Assembly: GCF_009914755.1 (NCBI RefSeq)
Contig: NC_060932.1
Length of the DNA stretch: 64,000 nt
Strand: one strand, 5' to 3'
Source: the human T2T-CHM13v2.0 reference genome, Homo sapiens
In this document: piece after piece, positions 40,367 to 57,340 of the stretch
Layout: each line of letters starts with the position of its first letter
Numbering within the stretch: position 1 is the stretch's first letter
Notes under the pieces: model-generated
Told to the model about the DNA's origin: nothing
What the model saw: only the letters and a program-made list of their open reading frames with translations
The model's database searches: none
Translations under genes and position numbers: made by a program

Positions 40367-41474
40367 CTTTCCCTGTCTCTCTCTGGTTTAGGTGTCTTCT
40401 CAAGATGCTGTTTGTTTTCCTGTAGGAAGACTTCATCCTCTCCACTCTCATCAAGACGCACAGGGGAAAATGTCCCCGAGCTAGTGCCAGGCCTCTCTGA
40501 AGGAGCTTTCCAGGATTCATCCCAAACATTCTCAGTTAAACTACTTGAATTACACAAACCAGCTGATGAGATGAGATGGCGTGGCACTTTGGAAGACTCT
40601 TTGCTGTCAGGAGAGGCTGTTCTTTGCAGTGATGTCTCAAAATCTATAGGATGCTGGGTCTCTCTCTTGTCTCCTCCTGTCCACAGTATCTCCACTCCTT
40701 GAAATTCCACATGTTTGACCCGGCCTGGGCGTCCCATGGAGCTGCTTCGATCACATCCCGCTGGGTGCTCTCTCCCAAGAGCAGACCTCTGCTCTTTCAA
40801 GAAACCAACACTGCCTGCAGAGTGGCAGGTCACTGCTGAGCTCCCGAGGGAGGCCAAAGGACAAGATGGCTCCTGCACACAGACAGCCCCTTTCCTCCCA
40901 TTATTCATTATCTGGGAAATCTCTGCCTGAGTGTCTCCAGTTAACAGCGCGGTGAGATCTTTCTGGATGCTCAAATAAAAACTTTCCTCCGTTGTTACTT
41001 CAGCTGAAAGAGGTATTTCTGGTAAATTTTTTTGGCCAGCAGGGAGCAGTTTGTTGACTCTCTGTGTTTTACGACTGGCAGTGTCCAGCTCTTTTTCCAC
41101 CTGCTGAACTGAAAAACTAGAAACAGCATCTTGGTCCAGTACCTTTGTAGCCTGTAATGTTCCGGAAATGATTCTGGCTTCTGTGGCTTTCAGAGCTGAA
41201 ATCAAAGAGTCAATGGGCTGTAAACTTTGTTCCTTGAGATGACTTTGAGAGGGGGCCTCTCTGACATCTTTTGGTCCTTCTGTAACACTGTCGAGCCCAG
41301 AGTGGCAGCCAGTAAGAGGCTGGACACCCTGCTGCTCTTGTGGGTGGCATGGCAGAGCCTCACCATCAAATTCCAGAGAAGCCCTTAGGCCTTCTCCACC
41401 TTCCTCCATGGTCCCATATTCTGGAAATTCATTTGTGACATTTGGTGGGAGTAAAGTGCTTCCTCCATGATCAC
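40367..41474 (-). CDS. PSD3: PSD3 large coding exon (exon 3 of the long isoform, about aa 44-413)
   Basis: The 348-aa ORF MEEGGEGLRASLEFDGEALPCHP...EKTPKPERDRER matches my recollection of human PSD3. The frame extends upstream as SDHGGSTLLPPNVTNEFPEYGT to acceptor cag|GTGATC at 41474. Donor is GAAAG|gtgagc at 40367. Length 1108 bp, phase 1 in and phase 2 out. Confidence 0.96.
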
Positions 41475-42129
41475 CTGTGAAGAGAACACAATGGACATAT
41501 GACTTGTTGTAGAAAGACAGGGCCCAGTAGGTAATAATGCATATTCACACAGATTAGGCACTCAATAATACTTATTAACTTGATTATTGCATTATATCAG
41601 TCCTCCCACCACCCTGTAACACACACTCCTCATGACACTACAGTGATCCCTTCTACTCAGCCTACGCGAGTATAACCACAAAACTTTCGGCCTAGAAGGC
41701 AATCTAATGACACCTGCCATATTTAACTTTGCTTCTGATGTCCCATACATGAGGATTCAGAACCTCAGTTGCTTCATATGCAAAAAGGGGTTACAATAAG
41801 GATATGTACCAACTTCCAAATACCACTCATGAAACAGCAACTAAAATGTGTATATTGGGCTTAACACTGAAGAGCCCTATGATGTAGCCAACAGTATCTG
41901 TGCAGTGCAAGCTCCGAGACAGAGCCTCTGCAAAATGCTTATGATCTATTTAAACTCAGTCAATATGTTTTTTCTGCCAGAAGTCTCCCCTTCATTGTTG
42001 GGTTTCTGTGGAGGGAAAAAATGCTTTCAAAACATCCCTGAAAAATAAGAATGAAGCCAACATGGAATGAGAAACTTAGTGTGTTGAGAAAGACTTCCAG
42101 GAACCCAACTACGGAAAATTCATTTTTCT

Positions 42130-42560
42130 CATTTTATTCATTTATTTTCCCAATTGACAAAAGTTTGTTTATATATCTAGATATATGTTTACATATATAA
42201 AGTTTATATATATATAGTATACAACATAATGTTTAATATATGCGTACCTTTGTAGACTAGCTAAATCAAGCTAATTAACAACATACCAGTACTGTACCTC
42301 AAATTTTTGGTGTGTAGTGAAAACATTTAAAATCTACTTACTCTTCTAGCAATTTTCAAGTATACAATACATTGTTATTAACTATAGTCACCATGTTCTA
42401 CAACAGACCTCCTGAATTTATTCCTCCTACCTATCTGCAATTTTGTATCCTTTGACCAGCACCTCCCCAATCCCACCACCCACCAGTCCCTGGTAACCAT
42501 CATTCTAGTTTCTGCTTCCAAGAGCTCAACATTTTAGATTCTACATATTAGTAAGATCAC
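42130..42560 (-). mobile_element. L1MA-type 3' fragment
   Basis: gcaattttcaagtatacaatacattgttattaactatagtcaccatg..tgtatcctttgacca..tggtaaccatcattcta. Confidence 0.82.
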
Positions 42561-42876
42561 TACCTGCATAAAATTGTAATGGCATCTTACGAAGAACCCC
42601 AATACACGAAGTAAACAGTATTAGTATATATTCACTATATTGAACCAAATTTATAATATTTTCTTGTTAAAATGATAGCCAGTGAGAACTGAAAATGGGG
42701 ACATTCTGACAAACCAAAACTTTCAATTGGGGGTTTACAGATAGCAGCTGTAGTCCTATCAGCCCTAGTATCCAGTCTTCTTCTGAACTTAGTTTTGGTT
42801 ACTTTGTATCATGAAAACCCTCATCTATGCTGGAAATACAGTGTACTCACTTTTACTTTATGAAAGAGGACATTAG

Positions 42877-43205
<329 letters not shown>

Positions 43206-43265
43206 ATTGTTACCATTTTTAAACTACTGCAGAGCTACAACCTTCCTATTTAGTGAAATATTTTA

Positions 43266-43493
<228 letters not shown>

Positions 43494-43658
43494 TCAGTTA
43501 TCCTAATAACTGATAATTATTAATTACTGATACAATTACTAATAATAGGTGTATTGCTATTGAACACACGGTATCCCCCAGTGTGTTAAATAGCAATACC
43601 TCTGAGAGTACATGCTGTTTCATATTCCATGTTGTAAAATAATTTGAAATATATACAC

Positions 43659-43949
43659 TTTTTTCTCTTTTTTAAAGACAGGATCTTACTCTATCATCCA
43701 GACTGGAGTGTGGGAGTGCGAACATAGCTCACCGCAGCCTCGAACTCCTCGGCTCAAGTGATCCTCTCACTCCAGCCTCTCGGGTAGCTGGGACCACAAC
43801 AGGCATGCACCATCATGTCCAGCTAACGTTTTTACTTTTTGTAGAGATGGGGTCTCACTGTGTTGCCCAGGCTGGTTTCAAACTCCTGGCCTCAAATGAT
43901 CCTCTCGCCTTGACCTTGGGATTACACACATGAGCCACCATGCCTGGCC
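43659..43949 (-). mobile_element. AluJ
   Basis: Antisense Alu; TSD tgaaatatat. Confidence 0.88.
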
Positions 43950-44209
43950 TGAAATATATTCTTAAAATTAAATCTGAATCAAGTGTTGATGGAATCTAAC
44001 AAGCACTTCTCTGGGATAGTATTTATAACACCTTCTACAAGACAGAACTAATAAAATGTAGCTTGCTTACATCTGAAGAGGAAGTGACTTTTCAAACAAT
44101 GAATTGAAAAAGATGATAGCTAAAAACAATAAAGAGCCTTCTTCCTAGGGTGGAATATTGATATTTTATGTCTTTCAGTAAAGAAGGCAGTAGGTCTTTT
44201 CATGGTTCC

Positions 44210-47140
<2,931 letters not shown>

Positions 47141-47759
47141 CCCAATCCATCTTTCTAATCAAGTCTCTGTCAACCCCCTTTCACATGTTATACCATTGCC
47201 TCTACACTGAAGTAGGAGGCAGCCCATGAATACCCTGAAAAGATTTGTTCTAATCCTAATACACACTGGAAATAAGCTTAAGCATACATACATTCTGAAT
47301 GCATAGACATACACACGCTCCTTTGCCTTTGTTCAACTTCCTTTCTCTACCTGACATACTTTTTCTTCTCATTTCAACATAAATCAGATTATTTTCACAT
47401 TTCAACACCTAAACCAAATCCCCTGTCCTTAATTAAGCCTTCCCTTGCTCACCAACTCTTGAAAAAAGTCCTCTCCTCTGTATAAATAAATGTCAAAAAG
47501 ACTTTTGCGGTATGGTATATATAGTGTAAATATACAAAACAAATAAGCATAATGTTACTCACGCCTTAAAGCTTCCAAAGGCAATAATGTTTAACCCATC
47601 ATGAAGTGTTTTAAGAAAATTGACCATAGTGACTGCTGAAGCTGTATTTATAAACTGCACCAAAACATATAACAGTGAAATCCATTCAACAAAGGGAAGA
47701 AAAGTTAAACTTAGACACTTGGGAGCCCGCTTTGCTTTAACAGTTTCAACTGCCCTCTG

Positions 47760-47788
47760 GAAAAAACAAACAAACAAACACACACACA

Positions 47789-47836
<48 letters not shown>

Positions 47837-47840
47837 CACA
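47760..47840. repeat. (AAAC)n/(CA)n compound microsatellite
   Basis: Interrupted CA run. Confidence 0.93.
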
Positions 47841-48335
47841 ACTGAACACTGGCCCCAAGAGAAGTGACCAAAAGATATCAAGGGGCCTCAGAGAATTCTG
47901 ATAATTCCTTCACCCCATTTTTAATAGTTTTCATTGAAATGTCCCTCAGAAAGGGGCAGCAAATTCAACAATTGTGGGCAAGTGCTTGTGATGTCTGATA
48001 TAACAACTTGGCAACCGGTCAAAGAAAACGAGGTCAGATAAGAGGGAGACAGGGCAAGGCAAAGCCCTGCGTGACAGATTGCTTGCTTTACTATTAAATA
48101 CTGGAGTAGTTTCTCGTGGTCTGTGTTTACTGTTCTAAGAACTGGAACAGACGGGGGGAGACAAATGTTCTGAGAGGCGAAAGGACCTGACCAAGGTCAA
48201 TAAAATGATGTTCAATAAAGTATTGTTTTAGAACTCTAAGTCAGGACTAAATTTCTAGTCTTCTGTCTCTCAGGAGTAAAAGCCTGGGAGAAACTCAGGG
48301 ACACTGAACCGTGAGAGATCATCATTCATCATTGC

Positions 48336-48640
48336 TTTTTTTTTCTTTTCTGAGATAGGGTCTCACTCTGACACCCAGCTGGGGTGCAGTGGCACCATCA
48401 TAGCTCACTGCAGCTCAGCCTCCTCCGGTGCTTAAGTGATCCTCCAGCCTCAGCCTCTGGAGTAGCTGGAACCACAGGCATGTGCCATCTCACCCGGCTA
48501 ATTTTTTTATTTTTATTTTTTTGTAGAGACGGGGTTTCCCTATGTTGCCCAGACTGGTCTCGAACTCCTGGGCTCAAGTGATCCTCCCACCTTGGCCTCC
48601 CAAAGTGCTGGGATTACGGCGTGAACTAACGCATTTAGCC
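48336..48640 (-). mobile_element. AluJ
   Basis: Antisense Alu; TSD atcattgct. Confidence 0.88.
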
Positions 48641-50668
48641 AAGACCATCATTGCTAAGAGCAGTAATGTTAACAAATATAATGAAGAATAAAACCAGAAG
48701 TGTTCTAGTTGTAGCTTCTGGGTAGAAACAGCCTTAATTATCATGTCCCTAAGGATTCAGCATAACAGCAAGAATTTCCTTTCAAATAAGGCACCCTCTG
48801 CCACACCCCATGAGCAGTTTATTTTTGCTGTTTGCATTGGTTATCACAACTTGACTGTGTTGTTAATCCTGACCTTTTATTTAGAATTTCTGATTTATTC
48901 CTTCTGTTTAAAAATTGGGACTATATGCTAAGATAATTATTTTTTTAAAAAAAGACCAAATTATTGTTTTAAGATTTTTTAAGCTGCTCCCTTGTAAAAT
49001 AGGGCCTTAGATACTTCCTATTAAATGCCCATTGTTTCCAAAATTCATTCACGCATTCAGCAAATATTGATTACCTGCTATGTACTAAACACAGGGGATT
49101 CAAAACTGAGTATTTCCAGAACATGAAAAGTCTGTTTGGCATGTTAGAAAGCTCGCCTTGGTGGAATGTGAAGGATGTGTAGCAGAGAGGGCACAAGCAT
49201 AGACTCAGGAATAACCACGCAGGCTTCTGACAATAGTACAGGTGAGAGACGGTGAGTGCTAGAGCCAGAACAAAGGCAGAATAGACAGGAACAAAGATGC
49301 AAGGGGTGCTGCATCTCCCACGACACTCTACTTGGACCGGCATCCATGCCCATCATCTCCTCATCTCCTCTGCCCCAGGCCCCTCTAGTTTCAACATGGC
49401 TTCTTCCAACTGCTGTGAGCTCTTACACCAAACTTGAAACTTGTTAACACTTTCCCTTTCAGTCTACATCTATTACTAATGTAAGAATCCACTGAAAACA
49501 TTTCCCCTCCAGCGAGCCTTCCTGAATTAGTCCTACCTGAATTTGGTCTTGTATGTGTGACAAAGGGACTCAGGGACTTGTTAAATATAAAAAAAGAACT
49601 TTAGCACTTACCTAAATATAAACCACACACTAGTAGAATGTGAATTAATAAAGAGTTCATACTTTACTGCGTGTATTTTTCCCCTTAAAGAAATGAAAAT
49701 GTAGTGTAGAGTGTGGAGGAGGGAAGAGAGAAGAGTTTTCACATTCATGTGAAATACAGGTACTTTTTGGAGGTATCTATTTACAGTCCATTAAAAGTCA
49801 TACTTTTCTATCAGAGACTTTATCTGCGGCTTTGTGTATCTGGTTAGATTCCTAACAAATCGTGTTTCCTGTTGTTTAGCAAAGATGCTTTTCCTGCAAT
49901 GACATATAAACCCACTGATTTTTTAAAGACCTTTTTTCTTTTGATTTAGTATATTGAGAAAGAAATGAGATACATTTGAATGTTAAGATGAATTTTAGGA
50001 GTGCTTTGGGTTATATATTAAGTAGTCATCTGTTTCTGGAACACAGGGACAGAGCTGTAATAAAATGAAATGAAATAGAAAGAAATTTCTTCAAATTGTG
50101 AGAAAATAAGCCTGTTCCATAAGATCGGCTGCAGAAAAACCAGGGTCTTTCTAAGAATTATCCTGTTTGAGGAGCAGTAAATCAAACTGGTTTTCTTCCA
50201 CTCTGGCTAGCAAACTCCTGAAAAGACAATAGTTCAAGAAAAACAAAATATAAGAACTATTTGCCACATCTACCGTAGACTCGGTCACTGTAAGCTGAAA
50301 TTTGAACCAGATAAAACCGTTTTCATGCGGGATTCTCAGCAACAGGACATACGTTTCCCCAGACTATATGGCAGTCACATCTATGCCTAGGTTCCTCAGG
50401 AGAGCCACAGTTACGGATTCTACACACATATATTTTCTAGAACCTGGGATCAGTCATGCCATTTTTTAGTAAAAGGTTTTTGTTTTGTCTTGTATTGTTT
50501 TGTTGCCACAAAAATATAAACTCTAAAAGGCAAGAACTTTATTTGCTTTCTTTACAATTGTATCTCCAGAGCCTATAACAATTTTACCTAGCAAAATGGG
50601 TATTTTTGTTGAAGCAATCAATTATGAATGTCCCAGAACCAATAGGATACCAATTAATAGAAGGTGAA

Positions 50669-51013
<345 letters not shown>

Positions 51014-51399
51014 TTAAACATAAGCAAAACACTATATGTTAGTGTCACCCAAGTCCTACCCGTTGCTTCTAAGTTCAGGCTTGAAAAGGATTCAGGAAAC
51101 AGTAGGGCGCTTCCTGATATTAGAGCCAGTTCATTCTCTCATTTACTCAGCCAACATTTCTTGTGGACCATGAATGCATCAAGCAGCAGAGAAAAGGGCA
51201 ACAAACAAGAGCAACTTGGCCTCTGTCATCAAGGAGCTTACAATCCAGCAGCTCCATCTATATATACTGTCTGCTCGCAAACAAAGTTCAGGCAGTGGTA
51301 AATTTCAGTGGAGATAATCTCAGCCTATTCTAGAATTCAGCATGATCCTACATGAGCTGATACCATTAAGTATAAATTTCTCAATGGATTTCTCTCTAA

Positions 51400-51935
51400 C
51401 ACTGTGTTGTCCAATTTGGTAGCCATATCCACAGAAGCCTATTTACATTTACATTTAAGTTACTTAAAATTTAATAAAATTGAAATTGTAGTTCCTTAGT
51501 GCTCCATACCATATATAGCTAATACCTACCATACTCCACTATACAGATATATGGATATATATATACATATATATAGCTTATGTAGATATATATACACACA
51601 CACACACACACACACGCACGCACACACACACAGATATCCATATATCTGTATAGTGAAGTATGTATGTCTGTATAGATACCTGTATATTTCTGTATCTGTC
51701 TATACACAGAGAACATTTCCGTCATCACAGAAAGCTCTATTTGAAAGTGCTGCCCTAGAGCCTTTCTACTCAGTGTGGTCTTGAGAAAGCAGCATAGATA
51801 TCACCAAGGAGGCTTGTTAGAAATTCAGACTCTCAGGCACCACCTCAGACATTCCCAATCAGAATCCTGTTGGTTTCTAACGAGAATCCCAGAGGATTTG
51901 TATACACGTTACAGGATGAGAAACACACCTCCAGA
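51400..51935. mobile_element. MER3/MER33-like hAT element containing a TA/CA microsatellite, followed by MER5A
   Basis: tgttgtccaat..ggtagcca..; gaacatttccgtcatcacagaaagctctatt..gtgctgccctaga; then gcttgttagaaattcagactctcaggc..tcagaatc. Confidence 0.72.
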
Positions 51936-54900
51936 AAACTACAACAATATCTACAAGTCATTCTGATTACATTTAATGCCTACTTTTTTATTTTAAAAGA
52001 GATCATAACTGCCTGCCTCCTAACTCAGAGGTCCAACTGTTCAATCAAATAGACATCAACTAAAGTAAGTTCCAAGAAAACAATCTCATTACTGCAAAGA
52101 GAAACACTTGATCATTCTGGTCTGGGTTTACCCTCAAATTACCAAGTAACCCCGGTCCCTTTCCAAGAGAGGAAGAGAATTGCCTCTGCTGTAATATGAC
52201 CCCTTCTTGATTTTATAGCTCATAGTAAATTTCTCTCACAATGAATGGCCAATGACTCTCTACTTACACAAAAAGATCATAAAATAACTGCAAATGTAAA
52301 CTTGACCATTAGTCAAAACCTGTATATTATTATTTGTACACAGCCTTAAAAAAATTACTTTGGAGCTTAAAGAAATGGGCTCAGGGAAGGGTAAGGACTT
52401 TCCAATTTTTAAAAACCAGAATATTTTCCCAAGGTTTTTAATGTTCATATCTTTGGATGCGTTGCTTTTAAAATAGAAATGTACGGGGAAATTCAGTCTG
52501 ATAAGATACTATGGAGAATGCACTAAGGGTCTTATAATCTATTTCCTATGACTATAGTTCATCGGATTTTCAATCCTTTATAAATTATGGCTAACCCAGC
52601 CACTAATAATCTGTTTTCCCTCCTTTCTACATGTGATATTCATAAATGCAATAACATCTTTGGTGTTCTCTGTTCCCTAATGAATACCAGTTAGTAAACA
52701 CCTTAAAACATATTAATATTATGTTAGTACAAGAAAACTATAAATTAGTAAGCTATTTTAACACTTGAAAATTTATAGAAGCAAGCTTAAAAACACATTC
52801 CCCTCACTTGTCAGAAAGGAATTCAGTTCCAAAGACGAGGGCAGGAAAAAGAGTGACCACTCTGATCCCTTAGTGTGAAATTTCATAAATCTGTAAGATT
52901 GGAAGATAAATGCTTAATTTACAAAACAAATATAAAGAGCAAGCCTTGCAGAGTTAAAAAAAAATCTCAAATGCATTTCATTTATAAGTAACTATAATCC
53001 TTAACTGTAATAATTATCAACATTTTTACGTTTAATAATCAATAAACTTCACCAGCAACACAGTGATACATGACTCAAATTTGCAATGCAATAGTAAAAT
53101 TTGTATTAAAATAAAACAAGAGGATAATCTAACCCATTTTGCCCAGCAATAGAAAATAAATTTGGTATGATAAAAATAACGGAAAAATGAATATGAGTAA
53201 TGAGAATTACTAAATGAGTAATCTAAATACATTATATTTTAAGACACTCTCTTCACCCTAAGAAAAGTCACATTTTGAAGAAAACTACAGTATGTAATCC
53301 AGGATGCTGGCTATTGCCTGGACACTGATAATGCTAAAGGCACAGATATTTAAGTTGTTTATGTGTTAGGAAAAAAATAAAAAAAAACAGGAAAAGACCT
53401 GCCAACCACTACACAAGCTTCTAACGTGTGCACACGAACAGAAAATATTCCATTAATTGGACACTCTTTCCCCAAGTGATTAATAGTTACAGCTGTGCTT
53501 ACGGCAAACTAAATTTCACATACTAATGATTCAGAACCCAATTTTTCTTATTCAGCTCTAATCCCTAGAGAAATGATACTAGTTTACCATTCAGTCAATT
53601 TCAGAGGCAGCTCTGTGAGCTAAGGAGTGGCACCGCATACAGCATACCAAAGGGAAGCTTGAGTGAGACAGGGAACAGCCCATTAATTTTAAACCGTAGT
53701 CTCTGCAACTGTGCAGAGCACTGTTACCTGTTACAGAGAAGAAACACTAAGCTGTAAGAGCTGAATTTGAGCTCATCTTTAAAATTGCCGTTTTTCAAAG
53801 CTGGTTTCCTTTTTCAACCAGTGGGGTTCTCCACTCTTGTCTGCCTCTCTTTGTCATAACTTCTGGTTTTTTATATCCACATCTTGTGCTTCTCCTTTCA
53901 GCCTTTTACCTTCTGATCAGGGATGCCCCTCTGATTTCATCCATTCTGTCCATTTTCTACGATCCTTTCTGTTGGGGAATCCATACTTTTAAAAATCCAA
54001 TTGTAAAATTTCTCTCTTTACTGACTCTTTAGTTTTAATTTTATTTTTAAAAGACAAAAAAAAGTTTAAACTAAACTTTTAAATAACCCCACAGTCTCGC
54101 TCACAGCAAGCTTTCTTCTGCTAAAATTAACACATATATGGTAAGATTAATATAAACTGTTTCGTATATATGTAGGAAATATTGGGACATTTAAGAATTT
54201 GATGTTTCAAAAAACCATACAATTCTTTTAAAAAATAATCATGAATGCCAAGCAGCTGGAGTTCTTCACAGTGATGATCAACTACAGCTGTGGACTTCTT
54301 TAAACTTCTGTCTATGAAGACAGATGTTAGGTGCAGTGGTAAACACGCCACCTCACTCAGCCTCCAGTGTGTAGCGGACTCAGGACTCAGCTGATCCACA
54401 TTTGCAGCCAGTAGTTTTCATGCTCAATAAGAGACCCACAGTTTCACTAAGGATTCAGGCTACAATCTGACATAAACAATTGTCCCAAGTATATCTAGAA
54501 ATGCAAATTTTGCAGAGAGTTGAAAGTCAGTTTCCATGGTGAGAGAGAAATAAATCTTGAATTACTATAAAAGCGACACTTTTAACAAACAGGAAAAACA
54601 CATCCTTGTGTGTAAACTGAGATACCTGTTACAAACTTCCAGTAAAGATTCTATCTCAGCCTCAACTAGCGTGTTTCCAGAACATTTTTGGTGCTACCTT
54701 TGAGCTAACCTTGTTCCCTTCAAGGCTATTCAGATACTAAGCTGTACTTCAGGCACACAGATGGAAAGCAGTTTGAGCTCTTTAAGAGAAACTCCTCCCC
54801 TATTCCCATCCAGCACTACAACATTATGTCTTTCTAAAACTGGAGGGGTAGCCTGTTTTCTCTCTTTCTGTCTATATAATATATCACAAACAGGGAGCAG

Positions 54901-56569
54901 ACATAGGGTGACAGAATTGTGTGTTCCCAGGAAAGCTTGTGGGGAAAAAAAAAAGAAAAGAAGTAAGATTACAGGTAAGAATAATATTTTGCTTTCTATA
55001 TAAAAATAACAATTTTGAAAAACTCAATGTCACATGCTGAAATCAACATTCCAGGTAAAGCCAGGTGAGGTGCTGGGCATAGGCATTCAGAGGGCAGCCG
55101 GCATCTCTCTGATGACTGGGAATTAAAGAATGGTTGGCGCGGGCATCCCCGAATAAATGCAAAATGCTCTCCTCTATGTCTGGATTCAGCAGAACCTGGT
55201 CTAGCCCCAGGGGTCTCCTACTGGGACGCTCGAAAGACAAGACTAGTAAGCAAAAGCAGTCAATAATACAGACGGATACTTTCACAGCAGCATTTAAAAG
55301 AAATAGATATATAAAAATATATTTGCCTGCATAGACCTACAAATAGAGGTTACTCACAGAGATTACTGTAGCTCCAGCAGTTACCCATTGATCATAGAAA
55401 ATGCCCAGTTCATCAGTTTAACGCTTGAGAAAAGTTAGCTTAAAAAGAAGCAAGCTAATTCAAAATATGCTGTTCTAGTCAACTGGAAGCAAATTAGTTT
55501 CAGATTTCCTGGCAGCCCCTTTTGCCCTGCACTGCACACGGTGATGGAAATGGAAGCACTTTGAGCACTTGGAACCCGAGCCGAGAGGAGCTGCTGCCTC
55601 AGTCCCTCTCACAAAGGCGGAAGCAGCCTGTTCTCCCGTTTGCTCTCCCTGTCTGCCTCTGCCGCTCTCTACCTTGGTAGCTTACCGAAAACAGCCACCG
55701 TAGGGCGTTTTTATATTTGTGAAAACTACTTCCAAGGAGATAATTGAGATGACGGGAGTTAGCTTTAATGTAACCATGTCCCCCAGTGCAGCAGCAGGAA
55801 GCCCAGCAAAGGCTTGGAGAGGATTGTACCATCCTGGGTGACATCAGAGGTGGGGCTGTCATCTTAGTATTATGCAGCATTTTCTCTGATGCAAGAATGA
55901 CACATGGGAAAGAGATGGGTAGGTTCTCTTTAAAAGGGTTTAATTCTTGTATTATTTTAACGGACAAGGGAAATGCAAACACATTGTTTAAAAGCTGCCA
56001 CAGAATGACACAAATCCTGCTTTGCCAGTCCTTATCTCACTGCTTAGTGATGCTACCATTTAAAGTCATTTTAGTGACGATTGTATCTTGTTCCTGTGAT
56101 TAAATTAATATTTAATGGGTGATTGCTGTTACTTGGAAATGTGACATGAGAAGACTCAAAACCAGTAACATCCATTTTTAAATATGAAGCCATAAACTTT
56201 TATATCACTTACAGTACCTTGTATGTATACAATGTCTTTCAACACAGTCTCAGTATAAAAGCACCAAATGTAAAAACTAATAGGTTTATACATGAGAAAA
56301 GTGAAGTGAGGTGGAAAGTAGCAGAAGATGAGTAAGATATTGTAATATTATTGATACTTAATAGTGATAATGGCTATTAATACAAATATTAAAAATAACA
56401 TGAAGATTCCAATCTTCTGTAACCCTAATATTTCCAACCAGTATGAGGATGCATGGGCTGACAATACAAACCACTTCACAGTTGCTTTTATTCATTCCAT
56501 ATACATTTACTGAGTGCCAAACAGGGTGCTGAAAAATGTGTTCAGTTTAATTTGGAGAACGTTTCTGAT

Positions 56570-57340
56570 AAGTAATAATATAAGCAGGATAGAAAGTATT
56601 TACTTATGTGCCAGACACTATACTAAGCAGTTTTATTGTATTAATTCATCTATTTCTACCAGCAGCCCTGTGGGATGGCTACTATGATTAACCCATTTTA
56701 TAGATGAAACTACTAAAACTCAAGAGAGGTGTGTGACTTGTCCAAGATCACACGGCTAACGCTGGCACAACCACGATTCAAACACAGGCAATGTGCCTCT
56801 AAAGTCCACCCTCCCTACCCCTAAGCTAAAGTGCCTCCAGGGGGATTCCTTGCCAAGTAAAAGAAGTCTAAAGAAAGAATATAATTTTCAGGATTCAGAA
56901 CCATCGCAAGCCAAAAATATCCACCTCTCAAGAAGCCTGGCCCAAATATAAGAGGATATAGATGAGAGTGTACACCTAGAGACAGCACCAGGGTAGTGGA
57001 AATACACCCAGAAACAGAAGCTCAGTGCCGACTACCGGCATGACCTTGGGCCAATGCCTTAAAACTTTCCAGCTTTAGCTTCCTTATCTCTGAGCTAGAG
57101 ATGTTTAAATTACAGATCAGTATAACCACGTGGTTAAAGCAAACAATCTCGGCTATTAATCTGGATTCCGTCACTTTCCAATTATGTTACCTTGAGCAAG
57201 TTATTTAACCTCTGTGAGCCTCAATTTCCATCTGAAAAAAAAAAACGGGAATAATAATGGGGTTTTCTGAGGACTAAATGAACTGTACATAGAAATACAT
57301 AAAGCACTCAGAGTAGCAACCAGTATAGAATAAAAGCTCA
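56570..57340. mobile_element. MIR fragments
   Basis: Cores cccattttatagatgaaac..gtgacttgtccaagatcacac and accttgagcaagttatttaacctctgtgagcctcaatttcc. Confidence 0.75.

Noticed and set aside
40355-40930. Plus-strand ORFs overlapping the large exon
   Set aside because: Antisense shadows of coding sequence, with no independent support.
40363-41409. 348-aa ORF as a standalone single-exon gene
   Set aside because: It is an internal PSD3 exon: the frame continues upstream to a splice acceptor and the stop codon lies within the intron donor GTGA.
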